Assembly: GCF_001194135.2 (NCBI RefSeq)
Contig: NC_068994.1
Location: 59,181,161 to 59,245,160 of the forward strand
DNA: 64,000 bases
Direction of reading: 5' to 3'
From: Octopus bimaculoides
Lineage: Eukaryota
The notes below the pieces were generated by a model. The model did not search any database. It saw nothing but the letters and a program-made list of their open reading frames with translations, and was not told the DNA's origin. Made by a program: the position numbers and the translations under genes. Of this stretch, positions 53,129 to 64,000 are shown piece after piece (position 1 is the stretch's first letter; each line of letters starts with the position of its first letter).

Positions 53129-53810
53129 ACCTCATCTAATTAAAACTAATTAAAACAAAATAATTGCTTATTTTCGTTAAATTATTTTTATGTTTGCAAT
53201 TTAATCAAAATCATTGAGAAAGTAAACACTTGAGGAAAAATCTCATTTTCTTTCTTAATAATTGGTTAAATTTTCAATTTCAGTTGATGTCTGTTGATGA
53301 CCTCTCCTTTTAATCCCTTCCTGTGGCCATGCTGGGGCACCATGCTCAAAGCTTTTAGTCAATTTTATTGACCAGTTACACGTTTTTAAATCCTTGTCTC
53401 TTCACCCAAAAGCTAAATTAGTATTTGGGACATAAATGGTTGCAATACTGGTTTATACAGCTAAACAACCACACACACACACACCTATACTTACATTTAG
53501 GTGACAGCAAAAGTTAATACTCGATGCAGAGTAGAGTTCCTCATGTTTCAGACCAACTCCTTCTCCCATCACATTTGCCTTCCTCATCACTTCCTGTCTG
53601 TGCAAACTCTCTTATGATGTTATTCCGTGTTCCCCTTCGGTTACTTCCAGCCACTCACGCAGACACTATAGAACACTTCTGTCTTCCCTTGTTTCTCCTT
53701 TTAGTCTCAATCCTCAAGTAGGACTTCCTCTGGAATATTTCAAAACTCTGCTTCCCACTTCTTACTGGCACCGACCACCAGTCTCCTTGAATTCTGCTTT
53801 TACACACACA

Positions 53811-53853
<43 letters not shown>

Positions 53854-54009
53854 AGAAATGCATCTATGAAATTCTATTTGAGGTTACAATAGAAGATACT
53901 TGTCCAAGGCACCATGCATTGGGAATTATCCCCAAACCATTCTGTTGTGGGTTCTTAGCTCTGAAGTTTTGCCAAGTCACTTACTTCAGCTCGGATCACT
54001 CTGTGTTGT

Positions 54010-54480
54010 CATCTAAATAATGCAGCAAACCTCGTCCCATTCCGGATTGATCTGGTTCAGTTCTTTCCTCTGGAACTGGTCATTGTACATTTGAAGTCTT
54101 TGGGGAATGTCTGATCCCAGCTGTTCTTGGATTGGCCCTTTTTTCCATTTCCTCTTTCCTAAGTATCCATGTCATTGCAGTCTTCAAGTATGACTGGCAC
54201 CAAAATACGATCTGTTGGATAAAACTGATGCAGTGCCATGATGTCTTGTGGTTGGGATTATTTGCTTTACTGAAGGATTTCATAATTCTATCTCGTCAGG
54301 TTATTTTAAACATCTTTTATTAGCAAGATTAGGGAAATGTGTCCAGTTTCTTTGGCAATCTTTGCTGATATTTTCCATATTTCACTGCCAGACAACACCA
54401 TTGGCTGAACTATTGAACCATATCGCCAGACCTTCATGTCAATACTGGGGCTTGGTGGTGCCCAGTTTTGGCACATTCGC
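54010..54480 (-). mobile_element. Degenerate RTE-type LINE ORF2 C-terminal remnant
   Basis: Frameshifted KVWRYGSIVQPMVLSGSEIWKIS...KTAMTW...KGQSKNSW. Confidence 0.6.
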
Positions 54481-55632
54481 AGGAATACAACTCCTACTTA
54501 ATTCTACTGTACGCATCACTTACCACTTTCAATTACCTCTTACTTTGGGAATGGAATGAGTAAACAGAGAAGTCTGTTGTAACCCAAATTGCCCACCTCC
54601 ACCACCTATCGGCCATATGGCGCTAACTCCAGACCCTGCCCTTTCTTCAAAAGTGATGTGCTTGGAATTTCTTTCCTGTTCATGTTTCCCTTGCAGCTTT
54701 CTATTTTTAGTCTTTTGTGAAGAACACAAAATGTATGAACAGTAAAAAGATTTCCTCATAAAACCAAACAATTTAAAAGACGGATAATCGAAACCAAAGA
54801 ATTTCTTTCTCCTTTCTATCATGTCCTAACTTTGTGTGGGTGGGACCATTTTAAATTTGTAAAAATAATGATTTTTAGTTGTTTTGTAATCCTTGCTTTT
54901 TTAATATCAACATTCATAACGCATGTGAGTGCAGGATACAATTGGCTCATTTATAATCATCATCATTTAACGTCCGTTTTCCAAGATGGTATGGATTGGA
55001 TGGTTTGACAGGAACTGGTAAACCAAGGAAGTGCCATCATATTCCAGTGACTGTGTTGGCATGGTCACTACGGCTGGATGGCCTTCCTAACACCAACCAC
55101 TTTACAGATTGTACTGGGTGCTTTTTCTGTGGCACCAGCAAGATCACCAAGTAACCTGCAAGACAAATATCCCCTGAACTGGGAAGGGGAGTGGCTTTGT
55201 TCCAGGGGTACTCAGAGGTTAAACTATGATAAAAGAACAAGAATAAGTATCTTTCTGTGGAGGAGATACATGGCTAATCCAATTGGAGAGAGTGAGAGAG
55301 ATGGTGATGGTGGGTCAAGTCCAGTCCTCACAGTACTGCCTGACTGGCCTTCATGCCGGTGGCACGTAAAAGCACCCACTACACTCTCGGAGTGGTTGGC
55401 GTTAGGAAGGGCATCCAGCTGTAGAAACTCTACCAAATCAGATTGGAGCCTGGTGTAGCCATCTGGTTCGCCAGTCCTCAGTCAAATCGTCCAACCCATG
55501 CTAGCATAGAAATTGGACGTTAAACGATGATGATGATGATTACTACTACTACTACAAGATCATTATCTGTTGATATGCTGCCAACCCAAAATAACTATAA
55601 ATATAGAAAGAAAACTAGCTTTTACTACCTTC

Positions 55633-55688
<56 letters not shown>

Positions 55689-56697
55689 NNNNNNNNNNNN
55701 NNNNNNNNNNNNNNNNNNNNNNNNNNNNNNNNNNNNNNNNNNNNNNNNNNNNNNNNNNNNNNNNNNNNNNNNNNNNNNNNNNNNNNNNNNNNNNNNNNNN
55801 NNNNNNNNNNNNNNNNNNNNNNNNNNNNNNNNNNNNNNNNNNNNNNNNNNNNNNNNNNNNNNNNNNNNNNNNNNNNNNNNNNNNNNNNNNNNNNNNNNNN
55901 NNNNNNNNNNNNNNNNNNNNNNNNNNNNNNNNNNNNNNNNNNNNNNNNNNNNNNNNNNNNNNNNNNNNNNNNNNNNNNNNNNNNNNNNNNNNNNNNNNNT
56001 ATTACGTGTCAAAAGTGAAACAAAAACACTCATGTCAAATACTTTCATTTTAAAAATGAAACTATTCCACTAACTGAAACAATCACATTTCGATACTGTA
56101 ATGACAGATACTTTCACAGAGAGAGAAAGAGAGAGATCCCTAAAACTTGAGAACTACACAACCAATTTCATTCAAAAAACTCCAAAATTGATCCACACCC
56201 CTCCCGTTATCGTCATCATTATCTTTATCAGCGCCATTATTATCATTATGTTGACGAACTGGCAGAGTCTTTAGCACGCTGGACAAAATGCTTTTCTGAG
56301 TTCAAATTCCGCCGAGGTCGGCTTTGCCTGTCATCGCTTCGGGGTCGATAAAATGAGTATCAATTGAACACTGAGGTCAATGTAATCGACTTAACCCGAA
56401 ATTGCTGGCCTTGTATCATAATCTGAAATCAATATCATAATTAATGTAATAATAATAATAATAATAATCACAAAAAGTCAAAAAGTCGGGCGAGTGCAGA
56501 AAGTGAGAGGATGGAGGCTTTTATTTTCGTTTTCGTTTATTTATTTTGCGTAATTGCAAATCCCTGAGGTTTAAAAACATGGAAATAGGATGGACTGAAT
56601 CTCATTTCAAGATAACACTATTAGTGCAACAACAGCAATAACAACAACAACAATAATAATAATAATAATAATAATTATTATTATTATTATTATTATT

Positions 56698-57078
56698 TTA
56701 CTTATTTCAGTCATTTGACTGCGGCCATGCTAGAGCACCGCCTTTAGTCGAGCAAATCGTCCCCAGGACTTATTCTTTGTAAGCCTAGTACTTATTCTAT
56801 CGGTCTATCTTGCCGAACCGCTAAGTTGCGGGGACGTAAACACACCAATATCGGTTGTCAAGCAATGTTGGGGGGACAAACACAGACACGCAAACACACA
56901 CACATATACATACATATATACGACGGGCTTCTTTCAGTTTCCGTCTACCAAATCCACTCACAAGGCTTTGGTCAGCCGGATACTATAGTAGAAAACACTT
57001 GCCCAAGGTACCACACAGTGGGACTGAACCCGGAACCATGTAGTTGATAAGCAAGCTACTTATCACACAGCCACTCCT
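56698..57078 (-). mobile_element. tRNA-derived SINE family B, full length
   Basis: Minus strand AGGAGTGGCTGTGTGATAAG...GGTTCCGGGTTCAGTCCCAC (A/B-box-like) to ...CAGTCAAATGACTGAAATAAG. Partial copies at 33580-33750, 35160-35300, 45770-45850, 53880-53950. Confidence 0.8.
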
Positions 57079-57151
57079 GATAGTGATAGATAGAGAGAGG
57101 GAGATTTGTGGATCTAAAAGTTGGGTTATTTCTCAGGAGAAAATTATATTC

Positions 57152-57185
<34 letters not shown>

Positions 57186-57186
<1 letters not shown>

Positions 57187-57530
57187 GACTCCACTTTCGA
57201 GTTATCTCTATTTCTAGGTCTTTGTATTTTGAAAACTTCTCCATTTCTTTTAGAGAAAGATTATTATCTGTTGGTATTGATATATCAATTAGAAAGCATT
57301 TTTTCTTGATGATCTCTGACAACTATATCTGGCCTATTGGCCTTAATTTCTCTATCTGTGTGTATTGGCATATCCCAGAGTATGGTTGCTCTCTCATTTT
57401 CTGTGAGCTTTTCTGGCGTATGCCTATACCATCTTTCTTCTGTTGTTATTCCATAGTGTTAGCATAGCTTCCAGTGTATATAGGTCTCGACTCTGTCGTG
57501 TCTATGAATATATTCCTTCTTAGTCAGGAC
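57186..57530 (-). mobile_element. R4/Dong-like restriction-like endonuclease fragment
   Basis: HRHDRV...WYRHTPE...ILWDMPIHTDREIKANRPDIVV...LIDISIPTD...KEMEKFSKYKDLEIEI. Confidence 0.85.
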
Positions 57531-58609
57531 TGGGCAGCCAGAGACAGTGTGATTTATTGTTCCTTGTCCATCTCATCATATTCTGCAGTTGCTAGGCAAC
57601 AAACGGACAGAATCGTTAGCACGGTGGACGAAACGCTTAGCGGTATTTCACCCGTCGCTTCGTTCTGAGTCGAGGTCGATTTCGCCTTTCATTCTTTTGG
57701 GGTCGATGAATTAAGTATCAGTCAAGTACCTGGGGGTCGAAGTAATCGACGCATCCCCCTCCCCTCAAATTCTGGGCCTGACTATGTGAATTTTCTGAGT
57801 CCTCTCCCCCCCTCCCCGTTCGCGAGCGCGCATTTTATTTTTTCATATTCGATTAGAGAAAGTTGTTTTATACTTATTACTAGTTTTTGGTATTTTTTGT
57901 TCGATTCAAACAGCAAAAGAAAAAGCGTGTAATTAAAGGGACGTAACTTGTTCAGATTAAGGGAGGCAATTCCCACGTGGTTATTGGTTTTGGTGTCTTT
58001 AATGAAAACATTTGTTTGTAAATACCCTGACTAATGGAACAAGTAAATCGTACATTCGGGCCCAGTGTATATTATCAGGTTTCCGCTAAATTGAGGAGGA
58101 CAGTTTACTCCAAAATGCAGAGATTTATGACATGTTGCAGTATTTCCTTGTGGAACCTGTTCTGTCTTTGGTGGTTGCCCGTAATGGAACCGAGCAAGGT
58201 GCGGCGAGTCTCTCTCTCTTTTCCTTTTGAAACTTGGTTGTTATCTTATATCTCTCTCTAATTTTGTGCTTCATAGAATAAAAAATAATAATCGTAGGAA
58301 ACGACAGAAGTTATGTTGTAATATATAACTGTGCATCGTCAAAAACCTTGAAACTTTCCGCAGCAAATATAAACTTCAATTGGGTCCAACTGCTACCTTA
58401 ATTCATATTAAACACAATGAATAACTCCATGAATTTAGGTGGGGATTTAGAAACAGAGCTCTGATAATTTAGTTAATAATTTCAAAATACTGTCTTTTCT
58501 CTATTCAGTAAATATAGGTTGTTGCGAGTGTTATTGTTGTGAACAAATAAAAATAAAACTTGTTCCTAACAACGGAAGCGATGTTATTAATTTCACTTTC
58601 ACTACTACA

Positions 58610-58743
58610 ATGGCTGCAACTTGTTCGTCCGTCGGTTACTGGACTAACGTGAAAGGCTTACTTTTAGATATAACAGGAGTTCTTTATGAAAGTACAGAAA
58701 GCGGGGGTTGTGCTATTGAAGGTTCGGTTGAAGCTATACAAAG
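58610..58743 (+). CDS. LHPP: LHPP (phospholysine/phosphohistidine inorganic pyrophosphate phosphatase, HAD family) exon 1: MAATCSSVGYWTNVKGLLLDITGVLYESTESGGCAIEGSVEAIQ-R
   Basis: Manual translation (absent from ORF track); GLLLDITGVLY...GG.AI.GSVEA matches the LHPP N-terminus; phase-2 donor AG|GTATTT. Confidence 0.9.
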
Positions 58744-59087
58744 GTATTTCTAAAATTATTTATGATTCACATAGGTGACTATGTAGTAAAGACATCGATA
58801 TAATGGAAGAAATCTATGTTGTTCCAATTCTTTACTCTCAGTGCAAAAAAGTCTAAATTCCTCTTTTGTCCTAATTTGCGATGTATATGTTCATGATTTC
58901 CGGTTTTCTACGCCAGATATGCTTGCATTGGATGTCTTTAAGGAGAAAGATAGCTGAAACTCGACTTACGATTACTTGTTTGTCAATTAAAACATTGTTT
59001 TCATTATCACCATCATCATCATCATCATTATTATTATTATTGTCATCATCGTTATTATTATCATAATATTATTTCGAAGAAAAATAA

Positions 59088-59592
59088 GGCAATCCTTCGA
59101 TATAACTCGACAAAACCGAAACAAACACTCGGCTGTTTCCGTGACGACTTGACAATTCACTTCGGATATCTTCGTGACCTCCCTGACAGCTGCTGTAACC
59201 TCTCTGTGTGTGAGTGCTTGTTCTTGTCTGTGTGTCTGTGGGTGTGTGTGCGTGCTTGTTCTTGTCTGTGTGTGTGTGTGTGTGCTGGTTCTGTTTTTAT
59301 GTATTTATGTGTTTTCGATTGTTTTCTGCTTGGAAATTTTGCGGATTTCACATACACACACATGAAGCAGGTAAGAACAAATATGCAAGGCTTTTTGCTG
59401 GCAAGCACGCACACACGCACACACAGGGACAAGAACAAACACGCACAGACAAACATACACACATGAATAAGCACGCACACACACACACAGAAGTCACGGA
59501 GGTCACGAAGATATCCGAAGTGAATTGTCAAGTTGTCACGGAAACAGCCGAGTGTTTGTTTTGGTTTTGTTGCGTTATATCGAAGGATTGCC
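59088..59592. mobile_element. Foldback/MITE element with about 100-bp terminal inverted repeats
   Basis: 59088-59187 is a near-perfect reverse complement of 59493-59592; GT-rich and AC-rich inner arms also mirror each other; AATAA on both flanks. Confidence 0.85.
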
Positions 59593-59634
<42 letters not shown>

Positions 59635-59689
59635 CAGAAAAAGTCAAAAGTTACTTGTATTATTATCATCATTTATATATTTTACCTCT

Positions 59690-60880
59690 CAGATCCCTGT
59701 TTTACTTCTCAGATCCCTGTTTTACTTCTCGCTCTGGTCGATTCTTTGAGAGCAAACAGCAACCTGTTGTCTGAAATCTCCCAGAGTTTCTTTTCACAAA
59801 TTAAAAGACTTGGATTTTAACTTATCCTGGAAGACACTCAACATCCAACGATCAATCTCAAAATCCTAACTGTCCCCAACAGAGCAGTTTTTGGGGGGCA
59901 TGCTCTGCCCTCATGTCAGTTCCAATTTCTCCAACATATTTCTCAGTGCTGTGAGTGCCCCTACAATTACTGGTATAACAGTTACTCTCCTCATTGTCCA
60001 TATTCTTGCAATTTCGTCTTTTAGTAGTCTGTATTTCTTCCTTTTCTCCAGCGCTTTCTCACCAACATGTGCATCCATTACAACAATGTCTGAGCATCAA
60101 TTAGAGAGTCAGATTGGATTGTAAAATCCTATAAGATCTTATATTCGGTATTCTCATTGATACCTTCTGGTTTATGTTCTTACCATTTCCATGTCTAGCC
60201 TGTACTTCTCACACAACCTCCTCCACAGAACAAACTCAGCCATCTTATTACACCTTCCTTTTGTAGTGTTTTTGGCCCAGTTTGCTACACTCCCTGACTA
60301 CATGTGAGGTTGTTTCATTTTTGCTGTCACACATCCTACAAAGGGGCAACTTACTGCTCTGATCTGTTTGGAACTTGATGTAATTGGTTCCCAGAACTTC
60401 TTCCTGGCTGTGGCATATCAATGTCACAGTGCATCCTCTCAGATCACTTTTTCTTAGCCACCTCCAGGCGTTGGTCTTGTCTTTCCCTTCAATTTCTCTG
60501 CGGTATTAACCATACATTGTTTTCACTTCCCAGTTATTCTTTGTTTTCCATCATGTTCCATCCATGTTTTGGGTGTGTCACATTTTCAGCAGGTATCATC
60601 TTGCTATTTCTAACAACAACAAACAAGGGTTCATTTTGCTATCTGTCGTACCATCCCACACTGTTCTTCTTGTTGGCAATGGATCTTGTATCATATGGGG
60701 CCTCTTCCCCAACTGTTCCTACGCACATACAATCTATTAATATCACTTTTTGGGTGCAGTTTCTTGTTCATTGCTATCATTTCCTTGAGCTCATTCTTTA
60801 TCCACCTACCAACATCTGCCCCCTATTGCATTAAGGATACTGCCCATATCATGTTACCCTGATCATGTTCTTTCCATTGA
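59690..60880 (-). mobile_element. Degenerate R4/Dong-like element, about 1.2 kb
   Basis: Frameshifted DFTIQSD..ID...DIVV, KKYRLLKDEIARIW...VTVIPVIVGAL, KTALLGTVRIL. Confidence 0.75.
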
Positions 60881-61369
60881 GTCTACTTCCCATAATTAAT
60901 TATTATTGTTGTTGTTGTTGCAACAATCGTGTTGTTTTGAAATTTAATTCACTCCACTCGATTTCCATGTTTAAAACCTGTTTTAAACCTCAGGGATTTA
61001 GTACTGCACAAATTAAATAAACAAAGATAAAAATATCCTCTTTCACTTTGTGTTACAATACAGAAACAACAAAAAGAAGTCAAAATTCACTTCTTTATTC
61101 CCCCCCCCCACACACACACACACCTCAATTCCAGTAACCTTTTTTAATAGCCTTTGGACTTTTGTGTTTTGAACTCCAGATATCAAGAATTTGCAAAATG
61201 GTTAAAAAAGAAAATCAGTTCCAGGAGAAGGGTTAACTGGTCAGGTAGCTACCATTGGTTTCATGCCTACTATTGCACTTAGCAATATAGGTGATTCTTT
61301 TGGTGCAATAATGAATGTGAAACCATTGGACTCTGCACCATGCTGCCCTGGCAACAGGACTCTCCACCA

Positions 61370-61825
61370 TGCCACACCAGCAGGAGAACCCTGTCATGGC
61401 TGTCAGACAATTTCTGTGACCACATCACCCCTGATACCTAACTCCCCAGACTGCAACCCCTTTGATTATTATGTGTGGGGCGCAGTTGAGCGAGAGACCA
61501 GCAAAACTCCTTGTAACATCAAAGATGAACTGACGGCAAGGATTATGGCAGCATTCACCAACTTAAACAAGGAGACTATCCAGAAGAGTTGCAGGAGATT
61601 CCAAAGTTGTCTGGAGGCTGTGGTTGAAGCCAANNNNNNNNNNTTCCAAAGTTGTCTGGAGGCTGTGGTTGAAGCCAATGGCGATTTTATTGAATAAATT
61701 TACTCTTCAGTATTTCAAAATATTTTTATGTAATTTTGGTAAATATATCTGTTAAAACGAGATGTTAGTGTTATTTTCATTTTTGCATAATTTAATCGAC
61801 AATATATTCACCGTGTCCTGTACAC
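61370..61825 (+). mobile_element. Tc1/mariner (maT/DD37D-like) transposase 3' remnant
   Basis: PNSPDCNPFDYYVWGAVE...CRRFQSCLEAVVEANGDFIE*; TIR-like end CACCGTGTCCTGTA. Confidence 0.8.
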
Positions 61826-62033
61826 ATGTATATGTGTATATATGTATGTATGTGTGTGTGTGTGTATGTATGTGTATGTATGTATGTATGCACATATACA
61901 CCCCTTACTCATGAAGAATCCCTTTCACTGACCCAAATAAAATTCCATGCATTTTACTTCAAAAACCAGTCAAATATGACATACATTCACACATGAATAA
62001 CCATTACAAAAACTAGACTTTCAACTGACTCCA

Positions 62034-62076
<43 letters not shown>

Positions 62077-62439
62077 GAAACTCCCAAAGACAGCACAGGC
62101 AAAGACAGAGCTCCTGTAATTGACTGCTGTTGGTGTTTAACCCCAAGTCAATCCTGGTTGAGTAGGCCTATGATCAAATTTAGTCTACCCATGACTACCT
62201 TATTCTTCTTTAAGCCATTCTATATTTTGTTACAACTCGTCATCCTACTGTTGTTTGATGTTCAGCCGATTGTGGAGACAAGGTGATTTGAGGCAGATTT
62301 AGTTGGTATTTCTAGTAATTCATGTGGCCACATATTGATTGTCTCGTTAGTTTCAAACAGAAAGAGAGATGTATGTTGGCATGATCTTTAAACATGGTTT
62401 TGTAGGGTCAGTTACCTGGGTTTAGACATGATTTTGTAG

Positions 62440-62910
62440 AGTGTGTTTAGCAATGGAGGTGGATATTCTGAAAGAACAGGGTGGAATAAATACTGGGGAC
62501 TCTGTTGGTAACAAAGGGATTTCCTTCCTGAGTAAAGGGCAGATTGTATGATGCTTGTGTAATGAAACATAAGTCTTGAATACTAAGGATTTGGCTGGAA
62601 AGAAAAGAGTTCAGCAGTCTCTATCAGATATGTAATGTCAGTGTGAATAAGTGAGAAACAGGGTGAATTGGGTATAAGAGGTATTGGGTATTGTATGTAA
62701 GTGGTGTCAGTATGATGCCAAAGGGAGATGACAGTTGTTGGGTAATGAAGTGGCAAATAATCCAAGTAGAAGGAACCAGCTGAAGAGGATGACATGAGAA
62801 GTATTGGGGGAAAGATGATGTCAGGCTGTTAAACCTTTTGAAGGAGATGACAAATGGACAGCAAACTAACTCAGCATGGCAAAATGGACGCACACTGGTG
62901 ATGATGATGA
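62440..62910 (+). mobile_element. Degenerate RTE-type LINE 3' remnant
   Basis: Frameshifted GWNKYW...LVTKGISFLSKGRLYDACV; ends in (GAT)n. Confidence 0.6.
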
Positions 62911-63853
62911 TGATGATGATAACAATGGTAGTGGTGGTAGTGGTGGTGGTGAGTGTAGAAGTGATGGTGGTGCTGCTGCTGCCGCTACAGTCATTTTTGA
63001 GAGAAATTTATCTGCTATGTCTAGCCAGTCAAGTAACCCTGAAGAGACTCCTTCATCATCTTGTTACTGCTGTATAAATAACCATTAAAATATTTCACTT
63101 CTACTTTAACATTCCATTCTGTTGTAAATAACAAAATGAGACCTGAGCCATTTTTTTTATTCCCCAACGAGAGACAACAATCATTGGAAAACACCATTAG
63201 CATTCAGTGACATTTGTAAAAGTCTTCAGAATATTGCTGCNNNNNNNNNNNNNNNNNNNNNNNNNNNNNNNNNNNNNNNNGGGGAAGATCCTGTCTTTAC
63301 ATGACCTACACTGTAGTTAAAGGAAGATGTGTGTGTGTTTTCATGGATGTGCATGTGTGCATATGTGTGTGTGTGTGTGTAAACACACATATTATGTTGA
63401 TGATGTGTGTGTAAACAGATGGACTGACAAGCAATCATGTGTGTTTCGGATTATGCATGCGTGGTAAACTTCATCCATTGCCCAAATTAACACACTACTT
63501 GATCCTTGGCTGCCTTTAGTAAAGTACTCACTTTTACAAGTATTTAAACCTGGTCTCTTCTTTTCCTCCTGCCAGTCATGGAGGCCCTGAAAAGGATCCC
63601 TGGTAATTTTCCTTCCCCCTCCAACTAAACCCCTATAACCGAAATATAAAGGAAGGATTCAATGTAAAGTTGTCTTGGGTAGAATTTGAACTCAGAATGC
63701 AAAAACTCAACTGCTACAAAACATTTTGTTCAATGTTTTGCAATTTATTATCCACTTGTGAAGATAATATTAGTTCTGAGAGTGAATCTATTTTTCTTAT
63801 ATCTAATATATATTATATGTATATTATATGTATTTTTGAAAATATATTTTAAG

Positions 63854-64000
63854 GTTAAAAAACAGTGGAATAGCTGTAAGGTTTTGCACCAATGAGAATG
63901 CCGTGACGCAAAAAGTCCTCTCTGAAAAACTGAGGAAATTTGGTTTTAACATTGAATGTTCCCAGATATTTTCTCCGATTCCAGCTGTTTGCAGTGTTCT
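63854..64000 (+). CDS. LHPP: LHPP exon 2 (LKNSGIAVRFCTNENAVTQKVLSEKLRKFGFNIECSQIFSPIPAVCSVL...), runs off the window
   Basis: TTTTAAG acceptor; in phase with exon 1; VRFCTNE HAD motif II. Confidence 0.9.

Noticed and set aside
58743-58752. Possible U12-type intron at the LHPP exon 1 donor
   Set aside because: Donor is GTATTTCT, not the U12 consensus RTATCCTT
61590-61680. Direct repeat TTCCAAAGTTGTCTGGAGGCTGTGGTTGAAGCCAA on both sides of a 10-N gap
   Set aside because: Most likely an unmerged contig overlap rather than a real duplication

Overview
AT-rich, microsatellite- and SINE-dense eukaryotic genomic DNA with several N gaps. The repeat families look like those of octopus or another cephalopod (inference, no database check). 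Three intron-rich genes can be assembled by hand from GT-AG boundaries and phase. (1) A minus-strand gene, about 6.9-33.3 kb and possibly up to 37 kb, encoding a divergent Munc13/BAIAP3-like MUN-domain protein with a degenerate N-terminal C2-like motif. (2) CDC23/APC8 on the plus strand, 40046-53128, with 13 visible exons and one more probably lost in the gap at 46135-46627; it is head-to-head with gene 1. (3) The first two exons of LHPP on the plus strand, from 58610 to beyond the window end. Introns carry tRNA-derived SINEs, RTE-LINE 3' tails, R4/Dong-like fragments next to (TAA)n, mariner/Tc1 remnants, and hAT, piggyBac and foldback MITEs. The most unusual signals are a hammerhead-ribozyme-like motif in a hairpin-rich block at about 34.93-35.13 kb, a roughly 500-bp foldback element in LHPP intron 1, and inverted LINE tails bracketing exons (possible dsRNA, editing or back-splicing substrates).
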